Positions 48,333 through 59,555 of a DNA stretch of 64,000 nt are shown piece by piece. How positions within the stretch are numbered: the stretch's first letter is position 1; each line of letters opens with the position of its first letter. The stretch spans positions 2,749,455-2,813,454 of the forward strand of contig OZ316899.1 in the NCBI GenBank assembly GCA_973895155.1. Direction: 5' to 3'. The notes under the pieces were generated by a model that was not told where the DNA came from, searched no databases, and saw only the letters and a program-made list of their open reading frames with translations. The position numbers and the translations under genes were made by a program. This DNA is from Marsupella aquatica. Its lineage: Eukaryota; Plantae; Marchantiophyta.

Positions 48333-50650
48333 ATGGTAGGAGGAACTATGGAAGAGATGACTGAGATGTTTATGAGTTTGATGGTGGCCAAAGCACGAAG
48401 AGAGGGACCTGAGAACTAGAAGAAGGAGGAAGCAAGTCGTATGACCAAGTGCTTACAAGCTTTGTTAGCAAAGTTTGTGCAGTTCGACGGGAGAAGAGCA
48501 ACGCGGTACTTGAAAGAGTATTGGACAGAGGTAGCCATCCACAAGATCAGTGAGAAGGTTGCCATTCATGAATTTGCATCATTGGTGGAATCAGAGTTGA
48601 AAGACATCATCACCAAGATTGCTGAAGGAGCCAAAGAGGATTGGAAAACATTTGAAATGAGGGTGAAAGAGGAGTTTCGATTTGAAGATCCAGATCGAGT
48701 TACTGCAGCCACGTTCCTTGGTTGGGTACAAGAGAAAAACAAGAAGTTGGGACCTCAAGAATTATTGAGGGAATTCAATAGGCGCTACTATCAGCTATCT
48801 TCAAAGGATCTAACAATAATCAGTCTCAGAAGAGGGGGTCTTTTGATCCGTGCAGCTGATATACCTTTGAGGGTAGAGTTGGACAATGCTCTAGATGTTA
48901 TTGCTCCATATGCGGATGAAGTCACTTGGGAACAAGCAGAAGCTGTAATCCACAAAGTGATGAAGCAAAGGAGGAGAAGGGAAGTCGATCAAGAGGCGGA
49001 AGCTCCCATTCTAGACTTGAAAAAAGTCAAAGAAGAAAGTACTACTGATGGAGGAGAAAAAGAAGTCAAAGGCAGCATCATAGAAGGGGGCAACATAGCA
49101 TCATTGACAGACATGATAGCAAAGCTTGCTCTTTCCATTCAAGCCTTGGAGAACAAAAACCCTGGTGGAACATCACTAGCAGCCTTGAATAAAAACTGGA
49201 ATTGTTTGTGGTGTGATAGCAAGGAGCATCACAGAAGGGATTGTGGAGAACTGACAGAAGCATTGCGACTTCGACATGTCAAGTTTGTGGAAGGGAAGCT
49301 TGCATTTGTTGATTTTGGAGAGCCAATACCAATGAATGTGAACCGAGGAGGAATGAAGCAGATTGTGGAACAGAGAATGAGAGAGAAAGTTTCTAGTGCT
49401 GCAGCGATGTATGGTGATCCTTCTGTCTTCAGTCTTCAAGTTAAGAAGGATCTGCCTTCCATAGAACATCTTGATATTATTTAGAGGAAGAGACTTGCGG
49501 AAAGTATCCGGAGAAAATCCGGTTGGGATGTGCCTGTGTTGATCAACTCTATCACTGCGGAAGTAGGAGCAGCATGGAATGCCGCTGTGGAAGATAAGAG
49601 GAGGTATGAAGGCACTTCTATGGAAGAAACCCAAAGGAGATAAAAGCAACAGAGACCCAAAGCAGGACCTCGCTTCACACGTCAAGCCAAAGAGAAAGGA
49701 GTTCGATTTGAGGAGCCTGAACCGTCCACAAGCAAGAGTCAAGAAGAAATTCCCCATGGAAGCTCAATGGATACCGACACCCCAAAGAAAGGTGCTAAGA
49801 AGAGCCCAGGCTATTTGCTTACTAGAGAGGTGGAGCAAACCGTTGATCCAGAGGTGATTGCCAAGAAATTTTGGCAGCAAGAGGCTAGGGGGTTCACTAA
49901 TGGAGAACTTTTTGGAAGTCTTCGTTTAGACTTACAAGGCAAGATCTTGGATAGGGCAAGAAGAAAAAGGGTTTACAAGGAGGGACCTCATGCACTAACT
50001 GCCAAGATTCTTAGCTATGACTATGAAGATGATCTAGAAGATGAAGAAGAAGAAGAAGAATTGGAGGGAAATGTATTCTGTGCTACCATGAGTCACCATG
50101 AAGCAACTTCAGGTATTCATGGCAATGTAGCCCTACATGAGGTGGATTTGCGGGAAACAATCCGACCGTATTGGGCAAGAGCTTGCCCGGAGATCGAGGT
50201 GCAATTGCTTGGTGCTGAAGGAGGAATTCAAGCACTCCTAGACTCGGGATCTGAGTTGAATCTAATGTCTAAAGAGACATACCAAAAAGGGCATTAGAAG
50301 ATTGACTGTGAAAATAATGGAATGTCAATTTAGTGGGCACAAGGGCAAATCCCTTGTGGGGAGCATGTCCCAAGATCATGATCAAACTTGGGAATGTGGT
50401 AGAAGCTATCAATGTCTTTGTATTTGAAAAACTTCCATATCCTCTTATTCTTGGTGTTTCTTTCATCAGAGAATTACGAGTAGAGACCATGGTACTTGAT
50501 GATGGTACTCACATGACAAAAGTGAAGAGCAAGGATGACTTGAAGAAGATTCAATTTCCCACACTTCGGCCAGGTAGTACAAGAGATCGTCGGGAATTAA
50601 GAACGGTGGAGGAGTACAGGTCCGACCAGAGTATGAAGGGTTTCGACTAG
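48333..50650 (+). pseudogene. gag-pro: E gag-protease
   Basis: QFDGRRATRYLKEY; CLWCDSKEHHRRDC; ALLDSGSELNLMS. Several stops and frameshifts; ends KGFD*. Confidence 0.87.
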
Positions 50651-50685
50651 GCATCCCGCTAAGAGAAGCGAGCAGGCGGGACGCC
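50638..50685 (+). promoter_or_regulatory. Candidate -1 ribosomal frameshift signal (G GGT TTC + stem-loop)
   Basis: In-phase slippery heptamer at 50638-44, 5-nt spacer, 11-bp stem GGCATCCCGCT/GGCGGGACGCC; the -1 frame is open downstream. Confidence 0.7.
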
Positions 50686-51780
50686 AAGCCTTTAGTCTCG
50701 TCTATGGAGGTTCATTCCTCTTTTGTTGGTGTGAGTAGGACTAGTGAAGTGTGCTATTTTCATAAAGGTGGTGTGAAGAGGAGAGCTCAAAAGATGTTGG
50801 AAAAGAAAGAAAAAGATTTGTTCACATTAGGAGTGTTGAAGGTTGAAGAGATAATAGAAGGAGTACTAGAGGAAAAGGGATTACCACCCTCTCTACGAGA
50901 GATTATTGGAGACATTGAGGAAGAAAAGGAGAAGTGGAGGTGGAAAGGGATGTGTATGGTTACATTGAGCACTTTACAGAAGTACACACAAAGTACAAAA
51001 CAGTGGACAAGAAGGTGCGACCTGCAGCAGTTCCCTTGCCATCTGAGGCTAAGGAAATATTGAAGCAAGCAAAGGAGGAGCCAAGTCTTAGAGATCATAC
51101 TAAGATTGGGCATAAATTCATTGAGGAGACGTTGCTCAAATTAAAGATTGGTGATAAGGGTTTACTAGAGGAAGAGAGAAGAGCCTTCAAGGAGATGATC
51201 ATCAAACATGAAAAGGCCTTTTCCTTTTCCATTGGAGAGATTGGATGTGCTGATCCAAGGGAGATCACACCAATGGTAATCTTCACTATTCCACATGTTC
51301 CTTGGGACCTTAAGCCAATTCCTGTGCCACGAGCACTGATACCTAAGTTGGTGGAGTTACTCAAGGAGAAGTTAGATGCCAAAATCCTTGAGAGATCAAA
51401 CGCTCCGTACTCAAATTGGTGGTTCACGGCAAGAAAGAAGAATGGGAAGCTAAGGTTCATCCAGGACATGCAACCACCAAACAAGGTCACCATAAGGAAT
51501 GTGGGCACAGGACCTGTGGTGGATGAGTTCGCCGAGGAGTTTGCTGGGAGAGCAATCTACTCCATTGGTGACTTATACTCAGGGTATGATCAGTTTCAGC
51601 TTGCCCAAGATAGCAGGGACATTACTGCTATGAGGACGCTACTAGGATTGCTGAGAATTGCACCCTTCCTCAAGGTGCAACTAACTCGGTGGCCCATATA
51701 CAAAATGCCATGAATAGGATTTTGCAGCCGTTTGTTCCAGAGAAGACTAGACCTTTTCTTGATTACATCCCCATAAAAGG
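50644..51780 (+). pseudogene. pol: E reverse transcriptase, N-terminal part, cut by F at the FLDYIPIKG (YxDD-equivalent) motif
   Basis: TKYKTVDKKVRP, HVPWDLKPIPVP, KKNGKLRFIQDMQP, DLYSGYDQF. Confidence 0.9.
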
Positions 51781-54329
51781 TGTTGTGAGGTATAGAACAA
51801 CTGATACTTCATTCCCTTCCATATCCTCACATATAGGCTATCCAATAGCCAGGCGGTTAGACAGTTAGTGTGGTCTAACCTGAGTAGGCGTAACCCTAGG
51901 TAACCTCATGTATGGTCTGGTTAACTCAGGTTACAACACTCCCCCTTGGGTGTAACATGACCCGGGGAGAAAAAAAAGGAATGTTGCACCCACCTCTAGC
52001 CTACTCTAAATATGAAATGTGTATTCTGAGGTTTGTGGTTTGGGGGGAATGTAACCTCATTAAAACCCCCCCTCCTTTCTTGCTGGGGGGAAAGAGTGTT
52101 ACCATTCCATCCCTGAAAACCTTATAATCATGGTTAAGTTATGAGTAATCGAGTTATTAGAGTTAAAGTGGTGTAAGGATGTCATATGCTATGTAACGTT
52201 ATTGGAATAGTAAAGACCTAAATGTCTTGTGTGTGTTTCGAAAGTGAGAAAATTTGCGTGGCGATTTTTGGTGATTGCAATAGCGAGCGTTTGGTGTTGT
52301 CTGCTAGAGTGTGAGGGTCGTCTCGAAGGAATGCACGTCACGGAAGTTTCTCGTTTGTAGTTTCGGCATTCTGTTGCTTCGAAGATCTTAAATGTGCTTT
52401 GGTTGGATGAAGGGCGGACTTGTGTCTAAGATGATAGATGTGCGGTGCTCGGTTTCTTCACGTGAGATGGTTGACGCGCGTTGTGGTCCTGGTCGTCTGT
52501 GAGATGTTGAGGGGCAATGGACTCAGCTTTCTTCCTGAAGAAGTGATGTTGGGCCTAGGCATGTTTGTCACAAGGTCGGTGATTTTCGGTGGGAGGTGTC
52601 TGCAGCTGCATTGTTGGTGGTCATTCTTGCTGAGGTCGGGTGATTCTTCTCTGTTCAATTCGCTTTTGTGCGATTGGAGTGTCGGGGAGCGGATGTGGCC
52701 AGTAGGATTTGTTCCCGACTGCTTTACAGGCGAGGTTTTGTATTGCTCCCCTGAGTCATTCACTTTTGTGGCTCTCTTATAGTCATTCTTTCCGTCATGT
52801 TGGCGCAGCTGCCGTTTCTTGTAAATTTCTGTTGTGATCTTTGTTCGAGATCTGTTCGAGTTGAGCTGGTCCAAGCTTTGCGGTATAGCCTACGGGTCGG
52901 GTCTCCCCCTGAGCAAAATGAGCGCGGCCACTGTAAGTATAATTGTGTTTAATTTTGTAGTTCAGTTAAGGTCCGTAGACCTACTGAATGGCATGCTGCT
53001 TATGTAATTCAGGGGGTAGGGATTTGGTAAACATATCGGCAATGTTCTGTGAGCTTTGTATCCATTTGACTTGATTACTAGTGCCTTGTTGTTCATGCAT
53101 AAAGAAGAACTTAGGAGCGATGTGCTTGGTGCAATCTCCCTTGATAAAGCCTGGTTGAATTTGTTCAATGCAGGCTCGGTTATCTTCATGGATTTCTGTC
53201 GGTGTTGACAGTGTAGGTATGCCGGTATTCTCATGAATGTGATTAATAACGTTGCGTAGCCAGATACACTCCCTGCTTGATTCATAGAGAGCTATGATCT
53301 CTAAGTGGTTTGACGATGTCGTGGTTAGTGTCTGCTTGCAGCTTCGCCATGAAATGGCTGTCTCGCCCATCAGGAAAACGTACCCTGTCTGGGACTTGGC
53401 GTCCTCAGGGTCTGAAAGGTAACCTGCATCAGCATACCCAAAGAGCAAGTAATTAGCATTTGATGGGTAGAATAGTCCCAGATCCATGGTACCTGCTAGG
53501 TAGTGGAAAATGCGCTTTATGCCATTCCAATGCCTAATAGTCGGCTTGGCACTGTGGCGTGCCAATAAATTTACTGCAAAGGCTATGTCGGGCCTTGTCT
53601 GGTTTGAAAGGAACATCAAGACACCTATAGCAGATAGGTATGGCTTTTCTGGGCCAAGTAGTGGCTCTGTCTCGCTCCTCTTCCGGAAGAGATCCTTTTC
53701 TTTGTCAAGTGAGCGAATGTCCATGGGAGATCTGACTGCAGTGGCTTTGTCCATGTTAAATTTCCTTAGTATCTTTTTGAGGTATGTGGACTGATGCAGT
53801 AGAATGCCATTGTGCAGGTGCTCAAATTGCAGGCCTAGGCAGAAAGAAGTCTGGCCAAGGTTGCGCATCTCGAAGGCCTTTTTCAGTAGTGTAATAGTTT
53901 CAGTCAGAATCTTTTTAGTTCCGAACAGGTTCAGATCGTCCACATAGATGGCTACTATAATGAATTCTTTGTTCTCCCGCTTCAGAAATAAGCAGGGTGC
54001 TATATCAGCATTCTGAAATCCCATAGCTTGCATCTCGGCCTTAAATCGTTTGTACCATGTCAGGCCACTTTGCTTAAGGCCATACAGTGATCTTAACACC
54101 TGTACTGCAAATCTAGTTCTCCGGGTGGTGTCCCTCTGATTCGGTGTAGGAGCTTTAAGGGCTATCTTGGCTGCAGTCTTGTGGAGTATTGATGAATTTG
54201 TATGTTTGAATGTTTCTGGCTGATTTCGAGTTGTTGCTGTATGGAATTGTTTCCCTTTGTTGTGGTATGCGACTCGTTTCACCAATTCTGGGGGGGCGTC
54301 CATGTATATAACTTTGTCTAAATGGCCGT
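51781..54329 (-). mobile_element. Element F: 3' part of a Ty1/copia (Bianca-like) element
   Basis: 3' LTR 51781-51938 (TGTTG...CAACA, 158 bp); PPT AGGGGGAG 51939-46; RT/RH upstream; cut by D3. Confidence 0.88.
52981..54329 (-). pseudogene. pol: F RT (C-terminal part) and RNase H
   Basis: SLYGLKQSG, AIYVDDL, PYLSAIG..TRPDIAFAVNLLAR, GYADAGY, IHEDN, IKGD.TKHI.PKFF (Bianca-type), ADMFTKSLP. Confidence 0.93.
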
Positions 54330-57300
54330 TGTGATGCCTAGACAGGAATCACTCGGCCAGTTAAGTGGGTAAAGCAGGAAGGCACCCTAGGAACACCTTA
54401 GTATAGGGACAAAACAAGGAAAATATAAACAATTAGGGGCAACCATGGAACCCGGGCCGAGGCCGGAGGTAAGGACGCTGAGGGTGAAAACTCGATTAGG
54501 GTTAGGGCGCGTTAAGCGTCGGCGGCTAGGAAGGATCAACGGGAAGAAGGACCGGCAGAGGAGAGGGGTAAGGAGTGCTTGCAGGAGATGGTGGCTCATT
54601 TGCGAGCACGAACTAGGCAGACGACTACGGGAGGCCAACTACTGTCAGCTGCTTAGGCAAGCACTCGGGGAGAGAGTAGATACCGACGATCGACCTAAGG
54701 AGGGTATGAGCAACGTCAATCAAGCGGCACATTTCTGGGGATGCCTGTTCGAACGGGCAACTGAGTACATCAAGACTTACGAGGACGAGGAATCAGAAAG
54801 GGCAGCTCGAGAACGGCAGGAGCTCGCTCGATTGTGGGAGCTGCAGAAGACAGCTTTCTTAGGAGGCGAACTCATCAAGGACGAGTTCCTGTGGACGCCT
54901 ACTTCCAATCAACTCGACGATCTTCTGTTTTGCAAAGACAGCGTCGTCGGCATCCGAGAGGCCATCAAGAACTGCAACGACATACACTGGGAATTAAAGG
55001 GTAGCACGGAAAGGTGGACCTAGGCAACGGTGCTAGGAGAAACCTCCACGGCAGCAGAGATGAAGAGGAAGGGAGCCGTCAACGATGAAGCCACCCCGGC
55101 AAAAAGAACGAGGTCGGCGGCACCAAAGAAGCCAGCCGAGCAGCAGAGCAGGAGGCAGGGAGAAGCCGAAGAGGAGGAGGTCGATCCCATCAAGGCCATT
55201 CCAACCAGGGATGACACCTGGAAGGGCTGGGCGGCAACCCTACCGGTGGAGGTGCAACTACATTTTGCACGGGAGGAGGATGCATGCTTTACAGCCATGC
55301 AGACCAAGAAGTACCAAGGCTTCATGGCCGGATCCGGCTTAGAGGCCTTTGTAAGATTACCATGGCTGAAGCCGGAGGTACCGGAGTCAGACCTATTAGA
55401 ATTTGTGGGGTCATGGGAACCCGAGACCAATTGCACGAGGATATATGGGAAGGATTTCTATCTTACTCCCAAGGTAATTGCCGAAGTGTTTGGCTTGCCG
55501 ATAGGCAATAAGACCAAAGTTGATACCAGGAAGACCTTGCCTGACAAGGAGTTCCGGTCGTTCCCCGGGCCATCAACGAAGAATGGCTTCTTCCGGAACA
55601 CCTGCACCAACCCGCACATAGGAGAGATGATCAACTTCTTGCGGGTGACCATGCATTGTAACTTGCCGAGGGCAGAGATCGGCAAAGCACAGGTCTATCT
55701 GGCAGAAAGGCCAGACCCAAGCCGGGACTACAACGGGTACCTCCTCAACCAATTGAAGAAGATCTTAAAGGAGGAGCAGCAGGTAATCGGCATGGGGAGC
55801 GTATCGCGGCTTGGCTATCACATGCCGCTGTTGTGCCGGTATGCCAGAGGTCAGACTTTTGCCCCAGTACTTCCCCTGCAGGTAAGGGCACCCGAGGAAG
55901 CTCCAACGCCGAGGCCGTTGGCTGAGAAGCCTCAACCACCTGTTAGCCCTACGATCGAGCAGGTGTTTAGGCCCAGGAAGGAGGACTTGCCGATGCAGCA
56001 ACCAGGCATGCAGAGTCTGCTGAAACTACTGGAGAAAGAAAAGAAATTGGCATCGGCAACAACAACGGCAACGGCAACAATGCAGGACACTACTACAGAG
56101 GTAGGCCTACACCGGCTCACAAGAGAAAACCCCTTTGCTGGAGACAAGGAGAGAATCAGGCCGGAATCCAAGCCAGGTGTTCAAATGTATGTGGGAATCT
56201 CAAGCTCCGAATCTGAGGCAGAATTGCCTGAAGCTCCTACCGACGAAGAGGAGAGGGAGAAGCCGGACGTCCAAGAAGTAGAGGAGGCAGTGGAGGACTG
56301 CAGCCATGATAATTCCGGCTATGGGTCGGACCATCACGTTCCAGGAGTAAGGACCTGTGGCCGGTTTGTCCCCACACTTCCAAGGGTAGTGCGAGGGGAC
56401 CCCAACCAGCAGAGTAGCCCTGAGTCTCCCCCACCAGATGTTGCTCCCCCGAGCTTTGACGGCATAAAACAGACGGTGCAGGAATTTCAGGAGCGAATCA
56501 GGCAGGAAGAGGAGGCAGCCCTGGCTAGGGAAAAGGATTTACCAGGAGGAGATTGGCCGGAGGACATCAGGCGGCTAGCCGAAAAAGGAAGCAAACCTCT
56601 AGCCACGATTGAAGAGATCCGCAGGACGGCTTGGGAGCAGAGGCCGCGATGGGCGATGCCGATCACTTCTACTTACTCCACCTACGCTAAGAATAGAGCC
56701 ATGGAGTATGGTGAGATGTGTGGGGAACTTGCGCTCGGCATCTTTGGAGAGGAGTTGGAGGTAGGACCCTTTTTCCATAGGGAGCAGTTGGAGAAGCACC
56801 AATTAGAAGAAGCGGTGGCTTTAGAGAGAAGCAAGAAGGACGAGGTCATTCGGCGGCTTAGGAGGATGGAAGCCGAGATTGAAGATCTAAGGGCGGCCAA
56901 GAAAGCCCAAGATGAACTGCGGATTAAACGGCATGAGCTGAACATCATGCAGGGGCAGTTGGACACCGCGCAGGCTGATAATCAGAATATCAAGGAAAAA
57001 CTGACTCAGACGCAGGGAGAGTTGGCCGACACGATCAAAGAGAGGGAGAAGTGGAAGCAAGAGCTGAAGAATACAGAGGAGGCCCACATAACAGCCAACA
57101 GCCGGGCCATGGCAGAGACCCAAAGAAAGGAATGGGCGTTGAAGGGGGAGCTCAAGAAAATCCGCGGAGCCCTTGAGCAGAAGGAGGCCGAGTTAGGGAA
57201 ATCCTATCAAGGGATTATGGCGCTGCAGCAGGAGCTTGCGTCCCTGACGGCCAGCTTCAAGGCCGACCTAAGGGAGAAGGACGAGATGCTCGAACAGACT

Positions 57301-58572
57301 TACGCCAAGATGAACCAGATGGAGTCTGTCATCATTGCAGAGCTCGACAAGGAGCTAAGAGCAACCCGGGAGGAGAGGACTACCTTGAAACAAGAACGGG
57401 AGGAAGCCCAGAAGGAACTAGAGGAGGCACGCAAGGACCTGGATGAGACCCAGGAGGAGTTGGAGGAAATCACGAGGAAGATGGAGAACCTCCAGCGGCG
57501 GGCCGACAACCAAACGGAGCGGCTGAAGAAACAAGCCGCAGTATTTAAGTGCTTGTCTTCATCAGGCCCAACTCCAATTGGGGCAACCAAGTTACCAGGA
57601 GTAGTACTGGCCGAAGAAAAAGCCGCGCCACCTGCACCAGTGCCGGAAGTAAGTGGGAAGGGGAAGGGACCAGCTGCCGAACCAGAAAAGAAGAAAAAGC
57701 GGAAACCTTCATGGTTAAGGAGTAATCCGACTCCACAAGCCGTGGTGACCAAGGAGGTAGAACCAGCACCATCCTCCGGCATGAATACGGCAATAGATCC
57801 CGCTATCATCACAGGTGGGGGTGGTGCGGCCCAAGCCGAACTACTCAGTAATGAGGCCGGTATTCCAGATCCGCCTCTTGAGCAGGCCGGGGAGACCGTA
57901 GCCGAGGCTGAGGCCGTAATCGATTCCCGAGCCGATGCCGACGCCGATGGTGGACCCAGTCAGGCCGATGGAGAGTTGACTCAGTCAAGGGCAGGTAATC
58001 TGTCAGAAAATGAACCTACGGCAGTGGCTGAGGAGGAAGCGTTGGGGGCGTCCATTAAGGATCCACCACCGGTGTCGTGACGGTGCAAGGGCGCCGTTCC
58101 TTTTAGGGAGGGCGGACGTGGAGGGAGGAGGCGTGAGTGGGCAGGGCGGGCGCTGATCTCCAAGTTTAAGATTAGGATCAGGACCAGGAGCGGCCCTGAC
58201 ACTTAGCTTAGTGGGATTGCGGTCCCACTGGTAGGAGCAACACTTGTGCTCCTGCCTTGCTGTACATAGGTAGATTCGGGCAAGTAGATTACTGTTAAGT
58301 AGATTAGGCTTACGATGCAAAGAATGGCGGATCCACTACCAGGATAAGTACCTGGGCAGCGGGGAGCTCAAGGCCTCTTCTTTAGCAAGTTTTTAGTTTG
58401 CACCAGCCGGGCTGGGATCAAGTAGTACGAGAAGCTCTCGGTTAGTCATACAGTGACCCTTGTGTATATTCATGTTTCCTCATGCCTAAGAGCTGAATAG
58501 AGTTGGCCTCACGGCTTAGTTCGCAGAGCTTGTGTATGAGATGTACTGTTTGTATGGCAAGTGCATGGTATG
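54330..58572 (+). mobile_element. D3: giant ORF-containing LTR inserted in F RT; interrupted by G
   Basis: Starts TGTGATGCC and cuts F at (Y)GHLDKVIYM; colinear with D1 and D2 until 58572. Confidence 0.9.
54445..58080 (+). CDS. D3 LTR-encoded accessory protein, 1211 codons with a single in-frame TAG (55021-23); probable start MSNVNQ at 54706
   Basis: ORFs 54445-55023 and 55030-58080 are in the same frame; D1 and D2 have Lys at the stop. Has an N-domain, central domain, long coiled coil and acidic tail. Confidence 0.85.
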
Positions 58573-59555
58573 TGTCGCACCCCTACCCTGGGCCTTAAAT
58601 CCGGGTTAGTGTCGTGGTGCGACCTCGACCACCAGTAGGGGTGAGGGTTCGGGCAAGGAGGTGTGTAGTGACCTTCAATAGCCCTAAGTCGGGCTAAGCC
58701 GCTATACTTACTGGTATAACACTCGCATAATTCGTACTTGTCATAGGTATATTTATTTTCCACCGCTGGAATTTTCCCTCAGTTAGTGACGCGGACTAAC
58801 TCCCGACTTGGGGCTTTTCAAGCCATCAACGTGACAGGACCTTGTGACATGCAATGAGCGGCAATCCCTACCATTAGTCCGCACCCGGTACGTCCCTTAA
58901 AATGGCGCCTTTGGCCGGACAAAGCATACACACAACACCAGTTACTCTCAGAAACATTAAGGGGAAAAGACTACATTTACTCAGCGAAGCATCAGTTTAC
59001 ATGGTTGACTCGACTTCAAAGGGGGTCAGCAGGCCCAACGGCAGTCGATGCCCAGTCTCTACGAGGCCCTGCCTTGCACTTGCCCAGCAAGCTCAACTCT
59101 GGCTCTCACTCTTTGGTACGCTCTGACCCTACTCAGGCCGGGACTCCCCGTGCCTCGCCTTTCTTCTGCTGAGATAACTAAGCCTTCTCCCCCTTCCCAT
59201 CGCGGAAGGGGAAGCCTAAATACTACCATAGCGGAAGAGAACCGGAGGATACTACCTTCCGGGGTACTACCTATTGACTAACTAACTGCTGACTACCGGT
59301 CGCGCTACACTGACCGGTTGACCGTCGACTACGAGTGTGCCAACCGGAATGGCAGCGGCCAAGCCTACTGACAAACTCAAGTCCGTTGATGGACTCAATC
59401 CTACGTTGGCTGATCCTAACTGACCGGCCCTAATTCTTCCTACTGCCGCTAATCGGTGCCTAATGACAGTCATTCTGTCGTTACGCCTAACTAAAAGATG
59501 CCGCTGACTTAACCGCTTCGCGCGGCGCCTGCTTCTACCCTTCGCTAACTACCCC

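Larger units (their letters stand above)
41952..51780 (+). mobile_element. Element E: Ty3/gypsy (A/B superfamily) inserted in the H 5' LTR; LTR 41952-48225 interrupted by D2; RT interrupted by F
   Basis: TGTCGTGGGGA...TCCCCCCAGACA inverted ends, PBS at 48229, then gag, PR, RT. Confidence 0.85.

Noticed and set aside
56700-57550. Coiled-coil region as a captured host SMC/myosin gene
   Set aside because: No ATPase or motor motifs; heptad-rich sequence gives non-specific similarity and is continuous with the element ORF.
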